This document shows, in pieces, positions 1-8,565 of a stretch of DNA of 64,000 nucleotides; positions within the stretch are counted from its first letter, which is position 1; every line of letters starts with the position of its first letter. Both the position numbers and the translations under genes were made by a program. Origin of the DNA: an uncultured Gemmatimonadaceae bacterium (GTDB lineage: Bacteria > Gemmatimonadota > Gemmatimonadetes > Gemmatimonadales > Gemmatimonadaceae); NCBI GenBank assembly GCA_963740355.1, contig CAVUDW010000003.1, positions 320,001 through 384,000 of the forward strand, given 5' to 3'. The notes below the pieces were generated by a model. It was not told where the DNA came from and searched no databases. It saw only the letters and a list, made by a program, of their open reading frames with translations.

Positions 1-1
1 G

Positions 2-409
2 ATCGATCAGCTGCCACACCGCGCCTGGTAGCGACGGGCGGAGCGACAGCTCGCAACGCTCGAGCCGACGCCGAATGCGCCGGAGACGCACCATGTCACG
101 CGGCGACAGGATCCGCACCGGAAGCGCGACCATCTCGCCGAAGGTCGCGAGCCACTCGTGCACCAACGAGATGTCAAAACCGGCGACCGGCTGCTCTTTC
201 GGCCAGCCGCGATCGCAGAGCACCAGCCAGGCGAGTTGCTGATCGTGGCGTGCAGCGACAGACGCCTGCAGTTCTGCTTCAGCTTCGACGCAGACCGTTT
301 CGAGTTGTTGGGCGAGCCGCTCTGCACGCGCCGCAAGCTTGCGCTCATCCCGGATTCGATCGACACGGGAGGCTTGCGAGTGCGGTTCAGAAATCGTACC
401 GGTAGGCAA
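2..409 (-). CDS. Hypothetical protein (3' end runs off the window), paralog of 2066..2734
   Basis: Not in the ORF track. My translation from TTG at 409: LPTGTISEPHSQASRVDRIR...LAWLVLCDRGWPKE...LERCELSLRPSLPGAVWQLID. It is colinear with the 222-aa ORF at 2066..2734. Start codon uncertain. Confidence 0.8.
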   Translation of the reverse strand, partial: MPTGTISEPHSQASRVDRIRDERKLAARAERLAQQLETVCVEAEAELQASVAARHDQQLAWLVLCDRGWPKEQPVAGFDISLVHEWLATFGEMVALPVRILSPRDMVRLRRIRRRLERCELSLRPSLPGAVWQLID

Positions 410-629
410 AATCGTGCTCGCAAGTGCTGCGCGCGAAACGACCCCTCATGCACCAGATCCCGACGCCGGAATCGTACCGCGCATGGCATTCGACCGTGCA
501 AGACTTTGCCCGAACGCCGGAGCCGCTCTTCTCTGCCAGCTGATCGTCACCAACCGCCTGATGATCAACGACGACATCATAGCAGACAAATGAGCGATCT
601 CCTACCCCCACGCTTCAGGGAATTCGCAT

Positions 630-1877
630 CTATTCGTGTCGGATCGCGTCTATCGGACTCATCCGTGATGCCCGCAGTGCTGGGTACGTCCCGAACGCGA
701 GCCCGACCAGCACGGCGCTGAGCACGGCCACCGCGACTGTCGTCCAGGTGAATCCGGCGTGGAAGAAGGGTGCGTTCGCGGTCCGGCGAATGATCGCCGT
801 CACCACCAGGGCACCCGAGAGACCGAGCACCACACCAATCGCACTACCGGCACCTGAAATCGCCACGGACTCAGCGAGGAACTGCATCAGGACATCACGG
901 CGGCGTGCCCCGAGCGCCTTTCGGACGCCAATCTCCCGCGTCCGCTCGGTCACGGAGGCCAGAAGGACGTTCATGATCCCGACGCCTCCGACCAGCAGCG
1001 AGATGCCGGCGATCGACGCCATGAAGATCTTGAAGATCAGGATACCCTGCTCCGTTTGGGCGAGCCGCATTTTTTGCGTCAGGATGTCCAGTTTCTTCAG
1101 CCTCGCCGAGAAGCGCCGAGCCGCCCAGTCTTCGGCGGCGTTCCGGAGCGACTCGACCGACTCGATAGACGGGGCGCGGAGCATCATCACCGTCGGCCGC
1201 GGACTGGCGGTGGCCGGAAAGACCTTGCGAGCGGTCTCGAACGGGACGTACGCGCTGGTGGCGGTCTCCCCCTTGAACGTGGCGAGCACGCCGACAACAT
1301 CGAGCGTGGAACCGTCCATGCGCACTTGCTCACCGACCAGCGTTTCAGGATCGCCGTCGCGCGACAACTCCCGGGCCAGCTTGTGGCTGAGCACAATCAC
1401 CGGTGTGCCGCGAGCGGCCTCGGCGTCCGTGAAAAATCTGCCGTGTGCGAGTATGAGGGCGTGGAACTGGTCCGCGCGTGAGAGGACCCCGGAGACACCG
1501 GTCGCGCGACGGCGATTGGAGGTGACGCTTTCCACCGTCATGGACGACGTCATCATCAGCGACATCCCGGTCGCGCCGGTCGCACGCTCAGCATTCGCCG
1601 CATCCTCCGGCGTGAAAACCGGGTAGTTCCGAACCGGCATCCACACGCCGTCCACCTGCTCGGTGGTCTTCGGCGTCAGCACCACCGTTTGGACTCCGGT
1701 GATTCGCTCCACCTGACTCCTGGCGGCGTCCTGCATGCCATCACCAAGCGAAAGCACCGCAACCAGTGAGGCTACGCCGATGATCACACCAAGCGTCGAG
1801 AGGAGCGTGCGGAGCGGGTTCGAGAACAAAGCCTCGCCGCCGATGCGCAGCGCCGTACTCGTAGAGGAAGGGTGCAT
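630..1877 (-). CDS. ABC transporter permease, MacB/FtsX family
   Basis: N-terminal LRTLLSTLGVIIGVASLVAVLSLG, then a periplasmic domain, then GGVGIMNVLLASVTERTREIGVRKALGA and C-terminal YPALRASRMSPIDAIRHE. Confidence 0.95.
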   Translation of the reverse strand: MHPSSTSTALRIGGEALFSNPLRTLLSTLGVIIGVASLVAVLSLGDGMQDAARSQVERITGVQTVVLTPKTTEQVDGVWMPVRNYPVFTPEDAANAERATGATGMSLMMTSSMTVESVTSNRRRATGVSGVLSRADQFHALILAHGRFFTDAEAARGTPVIVLSHKLARELSRDGDPETLVGEQVRMDGSTLDVVGVLATFKGETATSAYVPFETARKVFPATASPRPTVMMLRAPSIESVESLRNAAEDWAARRFSARLKKLDILTQKMRLAQTEQGILIFKIFMASIAGISLLVGGVGIMNVLLASVTERTREIGVRKALGARRRDVLMQFLAESVAISGAGSAIGVVLGLSGALVVTAIIRRTANAPFFHAGFTWTTVAVAVLSAVLVGLAFGTYPALRASRMSPIDAIRHE

Positions 1878-2065
1878 GCGTTCGGGGAGCCGTTGGCGGG
1901 AGGGGAGCGAACGATCGCGTCGCTACGCGACGTCGGGCAGACCGGCGCAGGTACGTGCGGAGGGGCACGCGAGTTTCCCGGTCGCAAAGTAAAGCTCGCG
2001 GGCGACCGGCATTCGCGGTCGCGCAACCCTTGGCTCGATCGCCCGACGACGCGCCTGGCTCGCGC

Positions 2066-2734
2066 CTACCGGCGTGATGCGACTCGCGGCAGTACGTCCG
2101 GTGCTGTCTTCGCCAACTCGGCCAGCGCCTGCCAGCCGGCAAGATCGAGGGAATCGCTGGGCGGTGTCAGGTCGAGGGCTCGCGCCTCACCCACCAGACG
2201 CTCGACGCGTTCACGCAGGTGGGTCGTCCGTTGTGCGGCCAGCAGGGCGCGCGAATGGGCATCGACCCACGCCGCCAACGCCTGCAGCACACATGCGAGG
2301 GTCGCGCGGCCAAGGGCGTCGAGCGGGTCAACCAGTTCCCAGACTGCCCGGGGTAGCGACGGCCGAAGCTCGGCTTCACAGCGACCCAGCAGGCCGCGCA
2401 TCTCATGTTCGTGCGCCGTGTCGAGCGAGGACGTGATGTGCACCGGCAGGGTGACGTACTCACTCCACGCCGCCATCCATGGGCGGGCGGCAGTCAGCGT
2501 CTCCGCATCGGCTCGCACCTCACGCGGCCACCCCCGTGCGCACAGGATCAGCCAGGCCATCGCCTCATCGTCCAACGCCTTGTCGGCCGTCAGCAACTCC
2601 TGCGACGCATCGGCGCAAAAGGTCTCGATGGATGTCGCCAGCCGTCGCGCCAACTCGGTCCGATCGCCATCCAGACGGAGTCGATCGAGTCGCGAACCCT
2701 GCGATTCAGAATGCCGGCGGGCGGACGATGCCAA
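2066..2734 (-). CDS. Hypothetical helical protein, paralog of 2..409
   Basis: 222-aa ORF. Shares SR(L/V)DR, AWL(I/V)LC.RGWP.E and RCE..LRPSLP.AVW.L.D blocks with the edge gene. Confidence 0.75.
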   Translation of the reverse strand: MASSARRHSESQGSRLDRLRLDGDRTELARRLATSIETFCADASQELLTADKALDDEAMAWLILCARGWPREVRADAETLTAARPWMAAWSEYVTLPVHITSSLDTAHEHEMRGLLGRCEAELRPSLPRAVWELVDPLDALGRATLACVLQALAAWVDAHSRALLAAQRTTHLRERVERLVGEARALDLTPPSDSLDLAGWQALAELAKTAPDVLPRVASRR

Positions 2735-2974
2735 GGGCGAGCCTCGTTGCCCTCGCGGGCGGGTCGGACGGGTGCACAGAACGGGTCGAACCGTCGAACA
2801 GTCGGTCGGGAAGGCGGAGCACTACTCGGGATGCACGGGGACCGGCACGCCCTCTCACTGACGACGAATGGTGAGCCCGCAGGTCACCCTGCGTCGGGCA
2901 GCGCCGCCGTCCCATCCAGCGTCCCTGACCGGTCGCTATGTTCCCCGGCGGACCCTACCAGAGGAGAGCATTAC

Positions 2975-4765
2975 GTGGTTCAGGCCAGTCCCAAGTCGCA
3001 GACGAATTACGATGTGATCGTCGTCGGATCAGGCGCCGGCGGTGGCATGGCGGCGTACCAGTTGGCCGTCGCCGGCCTCAAGGTGTGCGTGCTGGAAGCG
3101 GGGCGTAGCTATGACCCGGTGCGCGAGACACCGATGTTCAAGCTGCCGCGTCAGGCACCGCTGCTTGGTGCCGGCACCAAGCACAAGCCGTTCGGCTTCT
3201 ACGACGCCACGGTTGACGGCGGCTGGGAAGTGCCGGGCGAGCCGTACACGAACGCACCTGGCACCGACTTCAAGTGGTGGCGCGCGCGCATGCTTGGTGG
3301 GCGCACGAACCACTGGGGCCGCATCTCGCTGCGCATGGGCGAATACGATTTCAAGCCGAAGACGCGCGACGGACTCGGCGCGGACTGGCCGCTCACGTAC
3401 AACGACCTCGCGCCCTACTACGATCGCACCGAGATGCTGATCGGCGTATACGGCGGCGATGACAACCTGGAGAACACACCAGCGTCATCCCCCGGCGTGC
3501 TGATGCCCGCCCCTGCGCCACGCGCGACGGAGCTGCTGACGAAGAAGCATGCGGCTCCGATGGGCATTCCCGTGATCCCGGCCCACCTCGCGATCATGAC
3601 GCAGCGTCAGGACGCCGACACGCTGCCGAAGAAGATCCATCCCAACAATCCCCTGGCGCAGAAGGTGCTGGCGCAGTCGATGCGGCAGCGCGCCGCCTGC
3701 CTCTGGGCGACGCCATGTGGGTGGGGCTGCTCGGTGAAGGCGAACTTCCAGTCGACCACCGTGCTGCTGCCGCCGGCGATGATGACGGGGAACGTCGACA
3801 TCGTTCCCGATGCGATGGTGCGCGAATTGATCGTCGATGCGAGCGGCAAGGCGACTGGCGTGCACTACATCGACAAGACCACGCGCACCGACCGGCAGGT
3901 GAAGGCCCGCGTCGTGGTGCTGGCGGCAAGCGCCTGCGAAAGCGCGCGCATCATGCTGAACTCGAAGAGTTCCCTGTTCCCGAACGGTGTCGCGAACAGC
4001 AGTGGGCTGGTGGGCAAGTACCTGATGGACACTGTCGGCGCCGGGATCGGCGGGCAGATCCCGATGCTCGAGAACCTGCCGCCGCACAACACCGACGGTG
4101 CCAGCGGCATGCACATGTATGTGCCGTGGTGGGAATACAAGAACCAGCTCGCCGGAAAGCTCGGCTTCGCACGCGGGTACCACATCGAGTTCGGTGGCGG
4201 GCGTGGCATGCCGGGCGCTGGTGAGTTCGGCGGCCTCGAGAACTACACCCAGGGCGCGTACGGCAAGCGGTTCAAGGAGGAGGCGCGCCGCTACTACGGC
4301 AGCTTCATGTACTTCGATGGTCGCGGCGAGATGATTCCCAACGAGGACTCGTACTGCGAGATCGATCCGAACGTGGTGGATCAGTGGGGCATCCCCGTGC
4401 TCCGCTTCCACTGGAAGTGGTCGGAGCACGAAACGAAGCAGGCCGCGCACATGGTCAAGACCTTCGCCGACATCATCACGTCGATGGGCGGCAAGGTGAA
4501 TGGCACGGTGCAGACCGATGGCAGCAAGGTGATTGCAGCGGGTGGCCAGATCATTCATGAAGTCGGCACCTGCCGCATGGGCACCGATCCGAAGACGTCG
4601 GTGCTCAACGAGTACTGCCAGTCATGGGACGTGAAGAACCTGTTCGTCACGGACGGCTCGGTGTTCGTGTCGAATGCAGACAAGAATCCGACGCTGTCGA
4701 TCCTCGCACTGGCCTGGCGCACGTGCGATCACATCCTGGCTGAGATGCAGCGGGGGAATATCTGA
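2975..4765 (+). CDS. GMC family FAD oxidoreductase (gluconate/glycoside dehydrogenase flavoprotein subunit)
   Basis: GTG at 2975 after GAGGAG. YDVIVVGSGAGGG dinucleotide fold, LGGRTNHWGR, HEVGTCRMG, NPTLSILALAWR. Confidence 0.95.
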   Translation: MVQASPKSQTNYDVIVVGSGAGGGMAAYQLAVAGLKVCVLEAGRSYDPVRETPMFKLPRQAPLLGAGTKHKPFGFYDATVDGGWEVPGEPYTNAPGTDFKWWRARMLGGRTNHWGRISLRMGEYDFKPKTRDGLGADWPLTYNDLAPYYDRTEMLIGVYGGDDNLENTPASSPGVLMPAPAPRATELLTKKHAAPMGIPVIPAHLAIMTQRQDADTLPKKIHPNNPLAQKVLAQSMRQRAACLWATPCGWGCSVKANFQSTTVLLPPAMMTGNVDIVPDAMVRELIVDASGKATGVHYIDKTTRTDRQVKARVVVLAASACESARIMLNSKSSLFPNGVANSSGLVGKYLMDTVGAGIGGQIPMLENLPPHNTDGASGMHMYVPWWEYKNQLAGKLGFARGYHIEFGGGRGMPGAGEFGGLENYTQGAYGKRFKEEARRYYGSFMYFDGRGEMIPNEDSYCEIDPNVVDQWGIPVLRFHWKWSEHETKQAAHMVKTFADIITSMGGKVNGTVQTDGSKVIAAGGQIIHEVGTCRMGTDPKTSVLNEYCQSWDVKNLFVTDGSVFVSNADKNPTLSILALAWRTCDHILAEMQRGNI

Positions 4766-5463
4766 TGAGCGAGGAACAGACTCCCCCGATGGATCGCCGC
4801 GAGGCGCTGAAGGTGATTGCGGCCGCCGCTGCGAGCGCCTCGCTGGCCGAGGGGCTGAGCCCGTCGGCGGCAGAGGCGCAGCAGGTGGCGGGCGGTCCGA
4901 AGCCGAAGCCGCGCGCCGGAGCTGCCGCACCGGTCCCGCCGAAGTCGGGTCCGCGAGGCACACTCACCGATCCCGACCTGCAGAATCCGACGGCGAACTG
5001 GCCGCGATTGTTGTCGGCGTCGGAGATGCTGACGCTGGCCGCGCTCTGCGACATGATCATCCCGGCGGACGACAAGAGCCCAGCCGCCTCGACCGTCGGC
5101 GCGCACAAGTACATCAACGAATACGTCAGCGCCCCGTACGATTGGGCCGAGCGGGCGTTGGTGCGGGTGCGCGGCGGTCTGGCCTGGCTCGACGTGGAAA
5201 GTGATCGACGGTTCTCACGACGGTTCACGGCGCTGACGAATGCCGAGCGCACCAAGATCTGCGACGACATCTGTTTTCTGCCCAATGCGAAGCCGGAATT
5301 TCAGGCCGCTGCGCGCTTCTTCGACCAGATTCGCGATCTTACGGCCAGCGGCTTCTACACGACCGATGCGGGCATGAAGGACCTGCAGTACATCGGCAAT
5401 GTGCCACTCGCGAAGTTCGATGGGCCACCGCCAGAAGTCCTGCGCAAACTCGGACTCGCCTGA
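4765..5463 (+). CDS. Gluconate 2-dehydrogenase subunit 3 family protein, Tat signal
   Basis: DRREALK twin-arginine motif, LCDMIIP, GFYTT..G.KDLQYIGN. Stop/start overlap (TGATG) with the GMC gene. Confidence 0.9.
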   Translation: MSEEQTPPMDRREALKVIAAAAASASLAEGLSPSAAEAQQVAGGPKPKPRAGAAAPVPPKSGPRGTLTDPDLQNPTANWPRLLSASEMLTLAALCDMIIPADDKSPAASTVGAHKYINEYVSAPYDWAERALVRVRGGLAWLDVESDRRFSRRFTALTNAERTKICDDICFLPNAKPEFQAAARFFDQIRDLTASGFYTTDAGMKDLQYIGNVPLAKFDGPPPEVLRKLGLA

Positions 5464-5552
5464 CTGTCAGCGTCCGCTGGGCTCCACTGACGGCACTACA
5501 GTTGTCATAGCAGGCCAAGCCTGAAACTGTCGGCGCGCTCACCGCGTCGAAT

Positions 5553-5592
5553 GAACGTCGGATGCGAACGCGCGTCCGACGTTCGTCGTTTT
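5553..5592 (+). terminator. Intrinsic terminator
   Basis: GAACGTCGGATGCG/CGCGTCCGACGTTC stem followed by GTCGTTTT, downstream of the GMC operon. Confidence 0.65.
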
Positions 5593-5803
5593 CTGCTGCA
5601 CGTAGGGGCACTGCCGTGCTCAAGTGTCGTTGCAGGGGTGCCGAGTGTTGATGAGTGTCAGCGTGCTGATGTGTCAACTCTGTGACGGAAACCAGCGCCA
5701 CACCGTCACTGTGTGTACACCTCTTTCGAGGACATTTGCATCCCGTGGTATCGTGCATCAGTCGAATTGCGCGATTTCTGTGTGTTCGGCACAGAGCCTC
5801 GGC

Positions 5804-5832
5804 TTGCAGGCCGACTCGGTTCCGGATAACAT
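5804..5832 (+). promoter_or_regulatory. Putative sigma70 promoter of the ACP-FkbH cluster
   Basis: TTGCAG-17 nt-TAACAT, ending 22 nt before the ACP ATG. Confidence 0.5.
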
Positions 5833-5854
5833 TAGAACGCTTTAAGAAAAGGTT

Positions 5855-6112
5855 ATGACGACGCCGACCCAGATGAACTCCCCGATGCCTCTCGAAGAAT
5901 TGGTTGCCGCCGTGCTCGACCTCGAACTTTCCGAGGTTTCGCTCGACAGCTCCCGCGAGAACACCGAGAAGTGGGACAGCCTCGCCCAGCTGTCGATTCT
6001 CTCGGCCGTGGAAGACACCTACGGCGTGACGCTCTCCACCGACCAGATGATGCAGGTGGATTCCGTTCGGGCGATTCGAGCGTTGCTCAAAACGAAGGGA
6101 ATTTCTGGGTGA
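5855..6112 (+). CDS. Acyl carrier protein
   Basis: 85 aa, acidic, WDSLAQL phosphopantetheine-attachment motif. Confidence 0.9.
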   Translation: MTTPTQMNSPMPLEELVAAVLDLELSEVSLDSSRENTEKWDSLAQLSILSAVEDTYGVTLSTDQMMQVDSVRAIRALLKTKGISG

Positions 6113-7800
6113 CGCTGAAGCGAAAGCTGTCGTGGCGTTCCCTTCAATCGACTCACGACGACACGGCGCTTCGCATCGCCGTTCTCGCCACCTTCACGGC
6201 TGAACCGATCGTGCCGTTTCTCGGAACGGCGATGCACGCGGAAGGATTCCCGGCGCGGTTGCAGGTCGCGCCGTACGACCAGATCGTCGCACAGTGCGTC
6301 GATCCAACCAGCGAGACGGCCACATTCCGGCCGGACATCCTGGTGGTCTGGCCGCGACTGACAGATGTGTGGCGAGGCCGCGACCTGCCGCTGGTGGATC
6401 CGGTCGAGAGTTACGTCGAGCCGCTGCTCAGCATCGTTGACGCAGCCATCAACGCCGGCAGTTCGCTTCAGGCGACGCTGGTGTTCGTGCTACCCGTCCT
6501 GCCGGAAGTCCGGCCGCTCGGTGTTGGTGATGCCGGCAACCCGCGCGGTGTCCTCGCCACCGCAACTGCGGCACGCGAGGCCGCGCGTCAGATGCTGGCT
6601 GCCGCACCAGGCACCCTGATCGTGGATGCCGAGGAAGTGGTGCGCGCCATCGGGAGCCGCAAGGCGTTGGATGCTCGCACGCTCACCATCGCGCGCATTC
6701 CCTACACCGATGCCTGTTTCGCCGAAGTCTCCGACAACATCGCCCGGCTGTTGCGCATCGCACGTCGAGGTGCCGCCAAGGTGGCGGTGGTCGATGCCGA
6801 CAACACGCTCTGGGGTGGCGTGGTCGGCGAAGATGGTGCCGCTGGCATCGACCTGCTCGACAACGGTCCCGGTGAGTCGTTTCGCGAGTTCCAGCGCTGG
6901 CTGCTCGAACTGCGCCGCGCCGGCCTGCTGATCGCACTGGCGTCGAAGAACAACGAGTCCGATGTGTGGGAGGGATTCGCGCGTCCGGAGATGGCGCTGA
7001 AGCAGGAGCACCTCGCGGCATGGCGCGTGAACTGGAGCGCCAAGTCGGGCAACATCAGCGAAATCGCCGATGAGTTGAACCTCGGCACGCAGAGCTTCGT
7101 ATTCATCGACGACAGCCCGATCGAGATCGGTGAAGTGGCGGCTGCCGCACCGGAGGTCCGTGCGCTGCAGATGCCGGCGGATCCGACGCAATGGAAGCAG
7201 TTGATCGCGGCCTCCGGGGCGCTCGATCGACTGGCTCCGACGGATTCTGACCTTGGTCGCGCTGCGTCGTACGCCGTCGAGTCGACACGGCGGGTGATGG
7301 CGCAGAAGATGACGCACGAGGAGTATCTCGCATCGCTGGGCATCGCGGTGCGCATCGCCGAGCCGTCACAGACGGACATCGCGCGCTTGTCACAGCTCGT
7401 CGCGAAGACGAACCAGTTCACTCTTGGCGGACCTCGGCACGCGGAAGCCTCGCTTGCCGGGTTCCTGACCGATCCGCGCTACGCCGTGCGGGTGGTGCAT
7501 GCCGTGGATCGCTTCGGCGACTACGGCGTGATCGGCGCGCTGATCGTGGCGCATGATGATGGGCACGCGCGGCTCGATACGTTCGTGCTCTCGTGCCGTG
7601 CCATGGGCCGCGGCGTGGAAGAGGCAATGTTATGCAGCGCGTTCGAGGCGGCGGCACCGCAACAGTTGACGTGCACGCTGGTGGCGACGGAGAAGAACAA
7701 GCCTGGTCGGACGTTCTTCGCGCGCCATGGCGTCGCCGAGCCAGGCGTCGCGACCGTGATGGCACCGGTCGCGTGGCCAACCCACGTCGAGCGACGCTGA
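6109..7800 (+). CDS. FkbH-like HAD-IIIC phosphatase / glyceryl transferase
   Basis: GTG overlaps the ACP stop. DADNTLWGG, ASKNNE, FVFIDDSPIE, KTNQF, DRFGDYG, LSCRAMGRGVE. Confidence 0.92.
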   Translation: MTLKRKLSWRSLQSTHDDTALRIAVLATFTAEPIVPFLGTAMHAEGFPARLQVAPYDQIVAQCVDPTSETATFRPDILVVWPRLTDVWRGRDLPLVDPVESYVEPLLSIVDAAINAGSSLQATLVFVLPVLPEVRPLGVGDAGNPRGVLATATAAREAARQMLAAAPGTLIVDAEEVVRAIGSRKALDARTLTIARIPYTDACFAEVSDNIARLLRIARRGAAKVAVVDADNTLWGGVVGEDGAAGIDLLDNGPGESFREFQRWLLELRRAGLLIALASKNNESDVWEGFARPEMALKQEHLAAWRVNWSAKSGNISEIADELNLGTQSFVFIDDSPIEIGEVAAAAPEVRALQMPADPTQWKQLIAASGALDRLAPTDSDLGRAASYAVESTRRVMAQKMTHEEYLASLGIAVRIAEPSQTDIARLSQLVAKTNQFTLGGPRHAEASLAGFLTDPRYAVRVVHAVDRFGDYGVIGALIVAHDDGHARLDTFVLSCRAMGRGVEEAMLCSAFEAAAPQQLTCTLVATEKNKPGRTFFARHGVAEPGVATVMAPVAWPTHVERR

Positions 7801-7802
7801 GC

Positions 7803-8375
7803 ATGGAAAGTGTTGGTGCGGTGGTTGGCATGGCATGGGCGTCGATCTCCCCGTCGGGCGTAGCACTGGTCTTTGCACAGCTCTTCCTGCGTGTATTGCC
7901 CGGCTTCGCCAGTGGCCGGCTACGCAGTCGGCTCTATCGCCTGCTGGGCATGGACATCGAACGCGACGCCTTCCTGATGGGGAACCTGACCTTTCGCGGT
8001 GGCCGCGGTGGGCACCAGCGTCGCCTGCACATCGGTCCGCGCGCGCGAATCAGCACCGATGTCACGGTGAACTGCGACGACCACATCACGATCGGCGAAA
8101 AAGTCACCATCGGGCCCTTTGTCAAGATCTACACCTCGACACACAGCCTTGGCCCCGGGTCGGAGCGCTGCCTGCCGGATGTCGTCTGCAAGCCGGTGGT
8201 GATCCAGCAGGGCGCATGGGTGGCGATCGGCGCGACCATCCTCCCGGGCGTGACGGTTGGGCATGGCGCCGTGATCGGCGCGGGGGCCGTCGTGACACAC
8301 GACATCCCGCCCAACGCCTACGCCGAGGGCGTGCCGGCCAAGGTGATTCGCATGCTGCCCATGGGCAATCGCTGA
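7803..8375 (+). CDS. Hexapeptide-repeat (left-handed beta-helix) acyltransferase
   Basis: ITIGEKVTIGPFVKIYTSTH, AWVAIGATILPGVTVGHGAVIGAGAVVT, GVPAKVIR. Confidence 0.9.
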   Translation: MESVGAVVGMAWASISPSGVALVFAQLFLRVLPGFASGRLRSRLYRLLGMDIERDAFLMGNLTFRGGRGGHQRRLHIGPRARISTDVTVNCDDHITIGEKVTIGPFVKIYTSTHSLGPGSERCLPDVVCKPVVIQQGAWVAIGATILPGVTVGHGAVIGAGAVVTHDIPPNAYAEGVPAKVIRMLPMGNR

Positions 8376-8565
8376 TTCGCGGCGACCTGGCCGGGCTCGT
8401 GTCAGCACTTCCCTGACCCTCACCAGGGCCGTTCGGGAAAAGATTCGGTCGCAGCGCGTCTAAAGGTCAGTCGCTTCGACGATGAGTGTCGACTGGCGCC
8501 GAATGGCCCGGTTCGTGCAGCCCCGCGGCGGCAGGAAACGGTACTTCTTCCACCAACGGTTCGTT

